Below, piece by piece: positions 1 to 11,887 of a DNA stretch of 64,000 nt. Made by a program: the position numbers and the translations under genes. Within the stretch, counting starts at the first letter, position 1; each line of letters starts with the position of its first letter. This DNA comes from Anaeromyxobacter sp. (GTDB lineage: Bacteria; Myxococcota; Myxococcia; Myxococcales; Anaeromyxobacteraceae), in NCBI GenBank assembly GCA_049840735.1, contig JASGJN010000020.1:256001-320000 (forward strand). The letters are read 5' to 3'. Below the pieces are notes generated by a model. The model was not told the origin of the DNA, made no database searches, and saw only the letters and a program-made list of their open reading frames with translations.

Positions 1-535
1 CGGCGTAGAGCAGCGCGGCGCCGTCGGCGTCCAGCAGCGCCACCGCCGCGCTGGAGCGGGCGGCGCGCGCCAGCCCCACCCGCAGCGCCGCGCCGGCCGG
101 CACCGCCTCGTCCGGCCCCAGCGCGCTCACCTGCCCGGCGCGCAGGGCGAAGAGCGCGACCTCAGGTCCGGCGGACCCCTTGGCCCGGTGAAGCGGCCCG
201 ACGGCGGGGGCCCGCCCCAGCAGCGGCACCGCCAGCCCCAGCGCCAGCGCCGCCGCGGCCGCCAGCGGGGCCCAGCGCGGGAGGCGGCGCGCCGGGCGGG
301 CGGCCCGGGCGGCCAGCCGCGAGGCCACGCCCGCCGCGAAGCGGTCGAACGGGAGCGAGCGCTCCAGCTCGGCCTGCTCCTCGGCGAAGCTGGCCCGCGT
401 GGCCTGGCAGCGGGCGCAGTCCGCCAGGTGGGCCTCGGCCCGCTCGCGCGCCTCGCCGGCCAGCTCCCCCGCCTCGAGCTGCCGCAGGCGCAGCGACGAG
501 CAGGGCAGCCCCGGGCCCCCCAGGAGCGCGGTCAT
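1..535 (-). CDS. Zinc-finger (ZAS/zf-HC2) anti-sigma factor, 3' end outside the window
   Basis: ATG at 535 overlaps the sigma-factor stop (ATGA). My translation MTALLGGPGLPCSSLRLRQLEAGELAGEARERAEAHLADCARC contains HxxxCxxC and is followed by a hydrophobic segment. Absent from the ORF track. Confidence 0.75.
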   Translation of the reverse strand, partial: MTALLGGPGLPCSSLRLRQLEAGELAGEARERAEAHLADCARCQATRASFAEEQAELERSLPFDRFAAGVASRLAARAARPARRLPRWAPLAAAAALALGLAVPLLGRAPAVGPLHRAKGSAGPEVALFALRAGQVSALGPDEAVPAGAALRVGLARAARSSAAVALLDADGAALLYA

Positions 536-1119
536 GGCAGCACCTCCGGGTCGGGCAGCTGCAGCCCCGGGAAGGCGGCGCGGAGCGCGCCGCGGGCGGC
601 GGACAGGAAGGACCGCAGCCGCCTGCGGACGGTGGGGAGGCTCCGGCCGGTGACGGCGGCGATCTCGGCCTGGGTCAGCTCGTCCACGAAGTAGAGCACG
701 GCCACCTCCTGCGCCTCCGGCTCGGCGGCGCCCAGCACCGCCCGGACCAGCTCGCGCGCGTCCGGGTCGATCCCCTGCTCGCGCCAATCGCGCGCCAGCC
801 GGGCCACCTCGTCGCGCCAGGCCGCGCGCGAGGCGCGCAGCAGGTTGAGGCAGTGGTGGGTGGTGGTCCGGAGCAGGTAGGCCGTGGGGGAGTCCGCCGC
901 CTCGAGCTCCGGGAGCGCCCGCAGCGCGCGCACGAACACGTCCTGGGCGGCGTCGCGCGCCGCCTCCTCGTCCCGCAGCAGGAAGCGGCAGCGGGCCAGC
1001 ACCGCCGCCGCGTGGCGGCGGTAGAGCGCCTCCAGCGCGCCCTCGCCGCCGCGCGGCCGCGGCTGCAGGGGCGGCTGCGGGGCGGCGCGCCCGCCGTCCA
1101 CGACCGACAGGCGCGTCAC
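532..1119 (-). CDS. ECF-family RNA polymerase sigma factor
   Basis: Region 2 (ARDAAQDVFVRA...YLLRTTTHHCLN) and region 4 HTH (ELTQAEIAAVTGRSLPTVRRRL). Confidence 0.85.
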   Translation of the reverse strand: MTRLSVVDGGRAAPQPPLQPRPRGGEGALEALYRRHAAAVLARCRFLLRDEEAARDAAQDVFVRALRALPELEAADSPTAYLLRTTTHHCLNLLRASRAAWRDEVARLARDWREQGIDPDARELVRAVLGAAEPEAQEVAVLYFVDELTQAEIAAVTGRSLPTVRRRLRSFLSAARGALRAAFPGLQLPDPEVLP

Positions 1120-1322
1120 GTCCCGCGCCTCCCGGCGGACGGCGCGCGGCTGGCGGGCGTCTGCATGCGGACCTCGACCTGGGCGCCGGACAGTCCGGCC
1201 GCCCGAGGGGTGGACACGCTGCCCCCTCCCCGATGGAAAGGGGACCCCATCCGGCCCACACCGGCAAGGGCGGGCCGCCCCTGCGGCGACATGGCCGGGG
1301 TGGGTCGCGAGGCCCGGACCGC

Positions 1323-2255
1323 TCAGCCGGCGCGGCGGGCGCGGAAGAACTCCAGCGTCCGGGCCAGGCCGTCGGCCAGCGGCACCTCCGGGCGCCAGCC
1401 GATGGCGGCGGCCGCGGAGGGGTCGATGCAGGAGCGGCGCTGCTCGCCGGCGCGGGCCGGGGCGTGCTCGGCCGGGAGGCTCACGCCGGCGGCGCGGGCC
1501 AGGTGGCCGTAGACCGTGTTCACGTCGGTCTCGACGCCGGTCCCGACGTTGAGCGGGCCGTCGAACCGCTTCTCGGCCGCCAGCAGGTTGGCCCGGGCAA
1601 CGTCGCCCACGAAGACGTAGTCGCGCGTCTGGCCGCCGTCGCCGTAGACCGTGCAGGGCTTCCCGTCCAGCAGCCGGCCGCAGAAGATGGCCACCACGCC
1701 GGCCTCGCCGTGCGGGTCCTGCCGCGGGCCGTAGACGTTGGCGTAGCGCAGCGCCGTGAAGGGGATCCCGAAGTTGGCGCGGTAGACGCCGAGGTAGATC
1801 TCGCTGGCCGCCTTGGCGGCCCCGTAGTGCGGAACCGGGCGCTGCGGGTGGCTCTCCGGCGTGGGGATGACCGGGGTGTCGCCGTAGGTGGCGCCGCCGG
1901 AGGAGGCGAAGAGGACGTGCTCGACCGAGCCGGCCTCCACCGCCGCCTGCATCAGCGAGAGCAGGCCGCCCACGTTGACGTCGGCGTCGAAGCGCGGGTC
2001 CGCCATGGAGCGGCGGACGTCGATCTGCGCCGCCTGGTGGCAGATCACCTGCGGCTTCTCCTTCTTCACCGCCTCGGCGGCGGCGGCGCTGCGCAGGTCC
2101 ACCGGGTAGAAGCGGGCGCCGGGCGGCACGTTCTCGCGCTTGCCGGTGGACAGGTCGTCCAGCACCGCCACGTCCCAGCCGGCCTGCAGGAAGAGGTCCG
2201 CGATGGTGGACCCGATGAACCCCGCCCCGCCGGTGATCAGCACGCGCTTGCCCAT
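1323..2255 (-). CDS. NAD-dependent epimerase/dehydratase (UDP-glucose 4-epimerase-like)
   Basis: TGGAGFIG, YGAAK and LRYANVYGPRQ motifs. True start taken as MGKRV at 2255. Confidence 0.9.
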   Translation of the reverse strand: MGKRVLITGGAGFIGSTIADLFLQAGWDVAVLDDLSTGKRENVPPGARFYPVDLRSAAAAEAVKKEKPQVICHQAAQIDVRRSMADPRFDADVNVGGLLSLMQAAVEAGSVEHVLFASSGGATYGDTPVIPTPESHPQRPVPHYGAAKAASEIYLGVYRANFGIPFTALRYANVYGPRQDPHGEAGVVAIFCGRLLDGKPCTVYGDGGQTRDYVFVGDVARANLLAAEKRFDGPLNVGTGVETDVNTVYGHLARAAGVSLPAEHAPARAGEQRRSCIDPSAAAAIGWRPEVPLADGLARTLEFFRARRAG

Positions 2256-2274
2256 TCCAGCTCCTTGTCTACGG

Positions 2275-2293
2275 GGGGCTGCGCCCCTCCCCC
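2275..2293. repeat. REP-like intergenic element GGGGCTGCGCCCCTCCCCC
   Basis: The same 19-mer recurs at 13301-13319 and 13422-13440. The core GGGGC-TGC-GCCCC can form a hairpin. Confidence 0.65.
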
Positions 2294-2350
2294 TGCTTCG
2301 CAGGGCTCCCACCCTGGGGTCCCAGTCGCTCCAACAGCCTCGTCCGCCTT

Positions 2351-3292
2351 CTACACCCGCTCGCGGAACCAGGCGATGGTCCGCTTCATCCCCTCGTCGA
2401 AGTCCACCCTGGGCTCCCAGCCCAGCACCTCGCGGGCCCGGGTGATGTCCGGCTTCCGCAGCCGCGGATCGTCCTGCGGCAGCGGCTTGGTCTCGATGGG
2501 CAGGTTGGTGCCGATGAGCCGCTGCACCGCCTTCGCGAACTCCAGGATGGACAGCTCGTGCGGGTTGCCGATGTTGACCGGCTCCGTGGTGCTGGAGTTG
2601 AGCAGCCGCCACTGGGCGTCCACGTTGTCCTCGACATAGCAGAAGCTGCGCGTCTGCGAGCCGTCGCCAAAGACCGTGATGGGCTCACCGCGCAGGGCCT
2701 GGGCCACGAAGGCCGGCACCACGCGCCCGTCGTCCAGCCGCATGCGGGGGCCGTAGGTGTTGAAGATGCGCGCGATGCGCACCTGCACGCCCTCGTACCG
2801 GTGGTAGGCCATGGTGATGGCCTCGGCGAACCGCTTGGCCTCGTCGTAGACCGAGCGCGGGCCGATGGGGTTCACGTTCCCCCAGTAGGTCTCCTTCTGC
2901 GGGTGCTCCAGCGGATCGCCGTACACCTCGGAGGTGGACGAGAGCAGAAACACCGCCCCGGAGCGCTTGGCCAGCTTGAGCGCGTTCTCGACGCCGTGCG
3001 AGCCGACGTGCAGGGTCTGGAACGGGTGCTTCAGGTAGTCGATGGGCGACGCCGGCGAGGCGAAGTCCAGCACCGCGTCGATGCGGCCGGTGATCCGGTC
3101 CAGCGGCGCGCAGATGTCGGCCTCCACGAAGTCGAAGCGCGACTCCCGGGTGAGGTGCTCGAGGTTCCGCTCGGTGCCGGTGATGAAGTTGTCGACCCCG
3201 GTGACGCGCCACCCCTCCGCCAGGAAGCGATCAACGAGGTGGCTGCCGATGAACCCGGCGGCGCCGAGGATGACGGCTCTCTTGTCGGTCAT
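2351..3292 (-). CDS. UDP-glucuronate decarboxylase-family NAD-dependent epimerase/dehydratase
   Basis: [31 protein letters not shown] and [10 protein letters not shown] motifs. Confidence 0.9.
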   Translation of the reverse strand: MTDKRAVILGAAGFIGSHLVDRFLAEGWRVTGVDNFITGTERNLEHLTRESRFDFVEADICAPLDRITGRIDAVLDFASPASPIDYLKHPFQTLHVGSHGVENALKLAKRSGAVFLLSSTSEVYGDPLEHPQKETYWGNVNPIGPRSVYDEAKRFAEAITMAYHRYEGVQVRIARIFNTYGPRMRLDDGRVVPAFVAQALRGEPITVFGDGSQTRSFCYVEDNVDAQWRLLNSSTTEPVNIGNPHELSILEFAKAVQRLIGTNLPIETKPLPQDDPRLRKPDITRAREVLGWEPRVDFDEGMKRTIAWFRERV

Positions 3293-3300
3293 GTGGGAAT

Positions 3301-3495
3301 CTACTTCTTGCCGGCGGTCACGTCTTCGAGTGAGAGCTGGCCCGGGAGCGCGCCTCGGTACTTCTCCAGGACCAGGTCGATGCCCTGCCGGACGTACTCC
3401 GCCACCGGGACCTTCGTACGCTCGTGGAGCACCTTCAGCCGCTCGCTCTGCTCGGGCGTAATGTAGACGGTGGTGGAGATCTTCTTTCGTGCCAT
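3301..3495 (-). CDS. Ribbon-helix-helix DNA-binding protein, CdbA-like
   Basis: 64 aa, [46 protein letters not shown], with a beta-alpha-alpha pattern. Resembles Myxococcus CdbA from memory. Confidence 0.75.
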   Translation of the reverse strand: MARKKISTTVYITPEQSERLKVLHERTKVPVAEYVRQGIDLVLEKYRGALPGQLSLEDVTAGKK

Positions 3496-3626
3496 GGGTC
3501 GGCCGGCCCCGGGATCGGGCCCGAACCTATGTGAGCGCTGATATAGTGTCAAACATGGTCACGGCGGCTTGAGCCCACGCGGAGCGGGTGGCTACAATCC
3601 CGGACCTTCCCAGCGAGGTCGTCCCC

Positions 3627-4285
3627 ATGCGCCGAGCCCTCCTCCTCCCCTTCGGTCTCCTCGCCCTCTCCTGCGCGCACCGGTCCGCCCCCCGACCGAC
3701 TCCGGGCCGGGCCCGGCGCCTGCGTCGGTCGACGCCATCCCGGAGCTCAAGCCCCAGGAGGGCGAGACCCGCGCCGGCTTCGACCTGAACCACGACGGCA
3801 AGCCGGACTACTGGAAGTACGCGCGGGTGGTCGCGGAGGGCAAGGAGGTCGTGACCCGCAAGGAGAAGGACCTCAACGGCGACGGCAAGGTGGACGTCTG
3901 GGAGGCCTACGACGCCGAGGGGCAGCTGGTGAAGCAGGTCTATGACCTGGACTTCGACGGCAAGCCGGACGTGGTGGCCAGCTACGAGAAGAGCCAGCTG
4001 GTGAAGAAGGAGTACGCCTTCGGCTTCGACGGCGTGGCCCGCACCATCGCGTTCTACGAAGAGGGCAAGCTGGTCCGCAAGGAGCAGGACACGCGCAACG
4101 CCGGCAAGATCGACACCTGGGAGTACTGGGAGAACGGCAAGCTCGACCGGCGCGGCATGGACCTGGACGGCGACGGCCAGGTGGACCGCTGGGAGAAGAG
4201 CTCGGACGCGCCCATCCCCCCGGAGTCGGAGCTGGACCCGGTGGTCCCGACCACCGCGCAGCCGGCCGCCCCGGCCAGGAAGTAG
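3627..4285 (+). CDS. Lipoprotein with repeated Dx[DN]xDG calcium-binding-like motifs (frameshift in C-run near 3690)
   Basis: GAGG SD, signal peptide and lipobox LALSC in one frame. DLNHDGKPD, DLNGDGKVD, DLDFDGKPD and DLDGDGQVD repeats in the next frame. One extra C in the C6 run joins them. Confidence 0.7.
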
Positions 4286-4400
4286 CCGCCGGGCGGTCCG
4301 CGGCGCGGACCCCTGGTCCGCCGCGCGGCCGCCCCCGCTCGCGTCCTCCGCCTGATCTCGAGGGGTTGCGCGTGGCATGCGCCGCGCACTGGGGCGCCGC

Positions 4401-5176
4401 ATGCGCCCTGCCCTGCCCCTCGCCGCCGCGCTCCTGTCGGCGGCCTGCCTGCCGCACACCCGGCTGCACCCGCGCGCCGCCGAGGAGGTCTCGCGCGGCT
4501 ACGTGCACCTGGCCGCGGGCGACGCCGAGCGCGCCGCCATCGCCTTCGACCACGCGCTGGAGTTCGATCCGGACGCGCCGGAGGCGGAGAACGGGCTGGG
4601 GGTGGTGGCGCGGCTGCGGGGCGACCTGCCGGCGGCGCGGGCCCACTTCGAGCGCGCCGGGCACCTGCGCCCGGACTTCGCCGAGGCCCACGCCAACCTG
4701 GGCGAGACGCTGCTCGCCGAAGGGGATCCGGACGAGGCCGAGGCGCGGCTGCGGGCGGCGCTGCGCATCGATCCGGACCTGGCCGACGCGCGCCAGAACC
4801 TGGCCCGCGCGCTGGTGCGGCGCGCCTTCGCGCCCGGCGAGGACCGGTCGCGCCGGCTGGCCGAGGCACGGCGGCAGGTGCTGCACCTGCTGGAGAGCTC
4901 GCCGGAGCGGGCGGCAGCCCACCACGACCTGGCCTTCCTCGACTACACCGCCGGGCGCTGGGCGGCCGCCGAGGCAGGCTACCGCCGCGCGGCGGAGCTG
5001 GAGCCAGGGTCGGCCCCGGCCCAGCTCGGCCTCTGCCTGGCCCTGGCGCGGCAGGGGCGCTGCGCCGAGGCCGCGCCGGCCTGCCAGCGGTGCCTGGCGC
5101 TGACCCCGGCGGACGGCCGGTGCCTGGGCAGCCTGGCGGCGGTGCAGGCCTGCGCGGGCCCCTCCGGCCTACTTGA
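4401..5176 (+). CDS. TPR-repeat lipoprotein (3' end uncertain)
   Basis: Lipobox LSAAC and TPR units (AENGLG, AHANLG, ARQNLA, AHHDLA). No in-frame stop before the convergent korB; an out-of-frame TGA at 5174-5176 is the likely true stop. Confidence 0.65.
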
Positions 5177-6215
5177 CCGTCCAGGTCTCCCCGGAGGTCA
5201 GCAGCTGGCCGAGCCCGCGGGTCTCGCCCTTGGCCGACGCCTTGGCCTTGGCGATGGTGTCCCAGGTGATCTCCTCGGCGGTCGGCCGGCGGACGTCCCG
5301 GAACACGCCGATGGGCGTGGGGAAGCCGGGCCGCGTGTCGAGGCTGGCCAGCATGAAGGCCAGCGTCGGGTCCTCGCGGTGGGCGTCGTGCACCAGCAGG
5401 TCGGCCTCGGTGACGCCGTCCTCGCCGATGGTCACCACCTCCAGCTGCACGGTGGCGGCGTTGAAGCGGATGCCCTTCTTCCCCTCGGGGCCGAAGCGGA
5501 GCGGCTTGCCGTGCTCCATCCGGAGCTGCGTCTCGGACTTCTGCGCCTTGTCGGTCAGCGGGACGTAGGCGCCGTCGTTGAAGACCGGGCAGTTCTGGAA
5601 GATCTCCACCACCGCGCTCCCCTTGTGCTCGGCGGCGGCCTTGAGCACGCCGGCCAGGTGCGGTCCCTCCACGTCGATGGAGCGGGCCACGAAGGTGGCG
5701 CCGGCGCCCAGCGCCAGGGCGGGCGGGTTGAACGGGTAGTCCGGCGAGCCGTGCGGGGTGGACTTGGTCTTCTTGCCCAGCTCGGAGGTGGGCGAGACCT
5801 GGCCCTTGGTGAGGCCGTAGATCCGGTTGTTGAAGAGCAGGAACTTGAGGTCCACGTTGCGGCGCATGGCGTGGATGAAGTGGTTCCCGCCGATGGCCAG
5901 CGCGTCGCCGTCGCCGGTGATGACCCACACCATCAGCTCCGGCCGCGAGATCTTGAGGCCGGAGGCGAAGGACGGGGCGCGGCCGTGCAGCGTGTGCATC
6001 CCGTAGTTGCGCATGTAGTACGGGAAGCGGGACGAGCACCCGATGCCGGAGACGAAGACGATGTTCTCGCGGGGCACGCCCACGCTGGGCAGCGTGCGCT
6101 GGACCTGGTTGATGATGGAGTAGTCGCCGCAGCCGGGGCACCAGCGCGGGTCGACGCCGGACTCGAAGTCCTTCTTGGTGTAGGCCGGGACGGGGGCCTG
6201 GGTCTCGGTGGTCAT
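5169..6215 (-). CDS. korB: 2-oxoacid:ferredoxin oxidoreductase beta subunit
   Basis: WCPGCGD, SGIGCSSR, GDGD TPP motif and NNRIYGLTKGQ. Confidence 0.9.
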   Translation of the reverse strand: MTTETQAPVPAYTKKDFESGVDPRWCPGCGDYSIINQVQRTLPSVGVPRENIVFVSGIGCSSRFPYYMRNYGMHTLHGRAPSFASGLKISRPELMVWVITGDGDALAIGGNHFIHAMRRNVDLKFLLFNNRIYGLTKGQVSPTSELGKKTKSTPHGSPDYPFNPPALALGAGATFVARSIDVEGPHLAGVLKAAAEHKGSAVVEIFQNCPVFNDGAYVPLTDKAQKSETQLRMEHGKPLRFGPEGKKGIRFNAATVQLEVVTIGEDGVTEADLLVHDAHREDPTLAFMLASLDTRPGFPTPIGVFRDVRRPTAEEITWDTIAKAKASAKGETRGLGQLLTSGETWTVK

Positions 6216-6233
6216 GTCGATCTCCGTCTCGGG

Positions 6234-8090
6234 CTACAGGAGCTCCAGCACCTTGCCGACAATCTCGCTCACCTTGAGCGGGCGGCCGTTGATGCGGTTG
6301 AAGGACACCGGGTCGAGGCCGGGGAACTTGCCGCGCAGGTAGAAGGCCAGCTGCCCGTCGTTCACCTCGGGCACCAGGATCTTCTTGAACCGGCGGAGCA
6401 CCGCCTCGAGGTTCTGCGGCAGCGGGTTGATCCACCGGAGGTGGACGTGGGCCACCGGCCGCCCCTCGTTGCGGAGCACCTCGGCGGCGGTCCTGACCGA
6501 GCCGTAGGTGCCGCCCCAGGAGACCATCGCCACCTCGGCGTTGACCGGCCCCTCGACCTTCGCGTCCGGCACGTCCGCCACCACGTTGCGGACCTTCTGG
6601 GCCCGGATGCGGACCATCCGCTCGTGGTTCATGCCGTCGTAGGAGACCATGCCGGAGAGGGCGTCCTTCTCCAGGCCGCCGATGCGGTGCTCCAGCCCAG
6701 GGGTGCCCGGGATGGCCCAGGGGCGGACCAGCCGCTCGTCGCGCAGGTACGGCATGTAGCCGTTCTCGTGGTTGGGCTCCCGCGGGTGCTGCGGCTCGAT
6801 GCGGGGCAGCTCCGACGCGTCCGGGATCCGGAACGGCTCGGAGCCGTTGGCCAGGTAGCCGTCGGTGAGGAGCAGCACCGGGGTCATCCAGCGGACCGCC
6901 ACGCGCATGGCCTCCATGGCCGCCCAGAAGCAGTCGGCCGGGCTCTGCGCCGCGATGACCGGCATGGGCGCCTCGCCGTGGCGCCCGAAGAGCGCCATCA
7001 GCAGGTCCGCCTGCTCGGTCTTGGTGGGCATGCCGGTGGACGGGCCGCCGCGCTGCACGTTGACGATGACCAGCGGCAGCTCGGTGATGACCGCCAGGCC
7101 CATCATCTCGGACTTGAGCGCCAGGCCCGGCCCGGAGGTGGTGGTCACGGCCAGCGCGCCGCCGAACGCCGCGCCGATGGCGGAGCCGATGCCGGCGATC
7201 TCGTCCTCCGCCTGGAACGTCACCACCCCGTGCTCCTTGTAGTTGGAGAGCTCGTGGAGGATCTCGGAGGCGGGCGTGATGGGGTAGCTGCCCAGGAACA
7301 CCTGCTGGCCGGTGGTGCGGGCCACGGCGGCGAAGCCCAGCGCGGTGGCCACGTTGCCGGTCACGTTGCGGTAGGTGCCGGGGGCCAGCTGCGAGGCCGG
7401 GACCACGTAGCGCTGGAAGAAGATCTCCGAGGTGTCGCCGAAGGCGTACCCGGCCTTGAACACCTTGCCGTTGGCCTCGGCCAGCTCCGGCTTCTTGGTG
7501 AACTTCTTGCGGATGGCCTCCAGCTGCTGGTCCATGGGCCGGCTGTACATCCAGTAGATGAGGCCGAGCGCGAAGTAGTTCTTGCAGCGGGCCACGTCCT
7601 TGGAGGACAGGCCGGAGCCGGCCAGCGCCGTCTCGGTGAGCTTGTTCATGTCCACCGCGAACACCTTGTAGGTGTTGCGGAGGGCCTCGTCCTCGAGCGG
7701 GTTCTCGCGGTAGCCGGCCTTCTCGAGGTTGCCTGCGTTGAACGCGCCCGAGTTCACGATCAGCATGCCGCCCGGCTTCAGGTCGGGGAGGCTGGTCTTG
7801 AGCGCGGCCGGGTTCATGGCCACCAGCACGTCCGGCTGGTCGCCCGGCGTGTGGACGTCCCTGGCGCCCACGTTCACCTGGTAACCGGAGACGCCGGACA
7901 GCGAGCCGGCCGGCGCGCGGATCTCGGCCGGGAAGTCCGGGAAGGTGGCCACGTCGTTGCCGGCCAGCGCGCTCGCCCGGGTGAACTCGCTCCCGGTCAG
8001 CTGCATGCCATCGCCCGAGTCGCCGACGAAGCGGATGGTGACGGTCTCGACCTGCTCGACCTTGTGCTGCGCCGCGGAAGGCTGCGTCAT
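6234..8090 (-). CDS. korA: 2-oxoacid:ferredoxin oxidoreductase alpha subunit (gamma-alpha fusion)
   Basis: GDSGDGMQLTG, YPITPAS, QAEDEI, TSGPG and QRGGPSTGMPT. Confidence 0.9.
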   Translation of the reverse strand: MTQPSAAQHKVEQVETVTIRFVGDSGDGMQLTGSEFTRASALAGNDVATFPDFPAEIRAPAGSLSGVSGYQVNVGARDVHTPGDQPDVLVAMNPAALKTSLPDLKPGGMLIVNSGAFNAGNLEKAGYRENPLEDEALRNTYKVFAVDMNKLTETALAGSGLSSKDVARCKNYFALGLIYWMYSRPMDQQLEAIRKKFTKKPELAEANGKVFKAGYAFGDTSEIFFQRYVVPASQLAPGTYRNVTGNVATALGFAAVARTTGQQVFLGSYPITPASEILHELSNYKEHGVVTFQAEDEIAGIGSAIGAAFGGALAVTTTSGPGLALKSEMMGLAVITELPLVIVNVQRGGPSTGMPTKTEQADLLMALFGRHGEAPMPVIAAQSPADCFWAAMEAMRVAVRWMTPVLLLTDGYLANGSEPFRIPDASELPRIEPQHPREPNHENGYMPYLRDERLVRPWAIPGTPGLEHRIGGLEKDALSGMVSYDGMNHERMVRIRAQKVRNVVADVPDAKVEGPVNAEVAMVSWGGTYGSVRTAAEVLRNEGRPVAHVHLRWINPLPQNLEAVLRRFKKILVPEVNDGQLAFYLRGKFPGLDPVSFNRINGRPLKVSEIVGKVLELL

Positions 8091-8285
8091 GTCCCTGCGT
8101 CTCCTGGGGAGGACGGGTGCTGCGGTCCCGGGTGCCGGTGTCCCGACGCCGCCGTGTCCCGCGGCCGTGGGGGAAAGACTCTAAACCGTTCCCCCTGCCG
8201 GCAGTCAAGGCGCGGCAAACGTCCGTTTGCCGCAAACTCCGGCGCCTGCCGGAGCCCGCCGCCCGCCGGCGCCCGGAGGCCGTGG

Positions 8286-9676
<1,391 letters not shown>

Positions 9677-9680
<4 letters not shown>

Positions 9681-10351
9681 CCGAACACCTCCAGGTTGGC
9701 CCCGGTCATCGCCGCGGGCGCGTCCAGCGCGGCGTACACGACCACGCCCGCCACCTGGTCCGGCGTCATCTGCGGTGGGAACGGCGTGCGGGCCAGCATC
9801 TCGGTGTCGGTGCTGCCCGGCGACACGGCCAGGCACTGCACGCCGTGCGGCCGCAGCTCCTCCGCCAGGCACTTGGTCAGGCCCACCAGCCCCCACTTCG
9901 ACGCGTTGTAGGGGCTGGCCTCGGCCGTGCCCAGCGTGGCGGAGATGGAGGCGATGTTCACGATGCGGCCGGAGCCGCGCCGCTTCATGGCCGGCACCAC
10001 CGCCCGCGCGCACAGGAACGGGCCCACCAGGTTCACGTCCAGCACGTGGCGGAAGTCGGCCGCGGAGAGCGCCTCCACCGGCCCGCGCGCCAGGACCCCG
10101 GCCGCGCTGACCAGCACGTCGGCGGGCCCGAGCGCCGCCGCGTGCTCCTCCACCAGCCGCGCCACGTCGGCCTCGCTGCGCACGTCGCCCGCCGCGGCCC
10201 GCGCCGCCCACCCGGCCGCCACGGCGCGCTCCACCTGCCCCGCGGTGCGCGCGAAGACCGTCACGCGCAGCCCGCGCGAGGTCAGGGCCCGGGCCACGGC
10301 CTCGCCGATGCCCCGCCCGCCGCCGGTCACGATGGCGCTGGGGGCGCTCAC
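9677..10351 (-). CDS. Short-chain dehydrogenase/reductase
   Basis: TGGGRGIG and YNASK. Confidence 0.9.
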
Positions 10352-11106
10352 CGCCGCGCCTCGGGCCGCCCGGCCCCCGCGCGGGCGGACCGCCCTGCCC
10401 GGCCGCGCGCCCGCGCCGGGCGCCGTCCCGTCCGCGTCCTCGCCGGCGCCGGTCCGTCCTCTGCGCCCGGCGAGCCCGCCGGAGCGCGCCCGCGCCCTGC
10501 CGAGGGCGCCGCCGCGGCCCGGCCGATGGCGTCCAGCAGCGCCCGCTGCGCGCGCGGCTCGCGCGCCAGCTCCCCGGCGAAGGCCTGCGCGTGCGCGCGG
10601 GCGCCGGGCTGCGTCTCGCCGCGGACGGTCAGGCAGAGCTGCTCGGCCTCCAGCACCACGCCGGCGCCGCGGGCGCCCAGGTGCTGGATCAGCGCCTCGG
10701 CGATCTCCAGCGCCAGGTCCTCCTGCAGCACCAGCCGGTGGGCCAGCGCGTCCACCAGCCGGACCAGCTGGCCGAACCCGACCACCTTCCCGCCCGGCAG
10801 GTAGGCCAGGTGGGCCACACCGCGCGAGGGCAGCAGGTGGTGCGGGCAGACCGAGTGGAAGGTGATGCCGGTCACGGCCACCAGGCCGCCGCTCCGGGTC
10901 GGGATGGCGCCGGCCAGGATGGCGGCGGGGTCCTGCCCGTAGCCGTCCACCAGCTCGTCCAGCCAGGCGTCGGCCACCCGCCCTGGCGTGCCGCGCAGGT
11001 CCTCCGAGCGGCGCACCGCCTCGGGCAGCGGCAGCGCGTCCAGGAAGCTGGCCACGGCCGCGGCCGCGGCCTCGCGCCGCCGGACCCTGGGCCGGCTAGC
11101 GGGCAC
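10348..11106 (-). CDS. folE: GTP cyclohydrolase I
   Basis: TPGRVA, SVCPHHLLP, LQEDL and LCLTVRG, with a low-complexity C-terminal tail. Confidence 0.85.
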   Translation of the reverse strand: MPASRPRVRRREAAAAAVASFLDALPLPEAVRRSEDLRGTPGRVADAWLDELVDGYGQDPAAILAGAIPTRSGGLVAVTGITFHSVCPHHLLPSRGVAHLAYLPGGKVVGFGQLVRLVDALAHRLVLQEDLALEIAEALIQHLGARGAGVVLEAEQLCLTVRGETQPGARAHAQAFAGELAREPRAQRALLDAIGRAAAAPSAGRGRAPAGSPGAEDGPAPARTRTGRRPARARGRAGRSARAGAGRPEARR

Positions 11107-11485
11107 CGGGCCCCCGGTAGGTCACGCAGGAGTCCGGGATCTCGAAGAGGCGGATCTCCACCAGGCCTGCCACGTGCGGCGCCAGGACCTCCCAGATCCA
11201 GCGCGCGATGTTCTCGGCGGTGGGGTTCTCCAGGATGTCGTTCAGGGTGCGGTGATCCACGCGCGCCAGCACGTGCTCCTGCACCGCCTGCTTGATGACG
11301 CCGAAGTCGGCGATCATGCCGGTGGCGGGATCCACCTCGCCCTCGAGGGCGACGAAGAACTTGTAGTTGTGGCCGTGCATCCGGAAGCACGGGCCCTCGT
11401 AGCGGGGCAGCCGGTGGGCAGCGGCGAAGTAGAACTCGACGTCCAGGCGCATGCGCCGGCGGTCGGTGTAGTCGATGGCAGCCAT
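11096..11485 (-). CDS. queD: 6-carboxytetrahydropterin synthase (QueD/PTPS family)
   Basis: FAAAHRL, CFRMHGHNY, DHRTLN and PTAEN. Confidence 0.88.
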   Translation of the reverse strand: MAAIDYTDRRRMRLDVEFYFAAAHRLPRYEGPCFRMHGHNYKFFVALEGEVDPATGMIADFGVIKQAVQEHVLARVDHRTLNDILENPTAENIARWIWEVLAPHVAGLVEIRLFEIPDSCVTYRGPGAR

Positions 11486-11492
11486 GGCGGAT

Positions 11493-11792
11493 TTATAGCT
11501 CCACGAAGACTTCGCCGCCCTCCACAACGGCGCGGAACGTGTCCACCGCGACGCCGGGGAACTCCGGGCAGGCGCCGGTGTCGAGCTCGAACGCCCAGGC
11601 GTGGAGCGGGCAGTAGACCACGCCGCCGCGCACGTCCCCGAAGGCCAGGGCGGCCCCGCGGTGCGGGCACAGGTTGTCGAGGGCGTGCACGCGGTCGCCG
11701 CGGCGGAACAGGGCCACCTCCCGGCCGTCCACCTCCACCTGCCACCCGCACCCCTCCGGCAGGTCCGCCAGCCGCGCCACGCGATGTCGCAT
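11493..11792 (-). CDS. Rieske [2Fe-2S] ferredoxin (NirD-like)
   Basis: CPH...CPLH Rieske ligands, 99 aa. Confidence 0.85.
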   Translation of the reverse strand: MRHRVARLADLPEGCGWQVEVDGREVALFRRGDRVHALDNLCPHRGAALAFGDVRGGVVYCPLHAWAFELDTGACPEFPGVAVDTFRAVVEGGEVFVEL

Positions 11793-11887
11793 GACGCGTT
11801 TCTACCAGGGGTGACCCCGTGCAGCCACGGGTCGCTGGACCAGGGCGAAGGCGCCGCCTCGCGCCGGGGGCGGGGGGCAGCCTCGCC

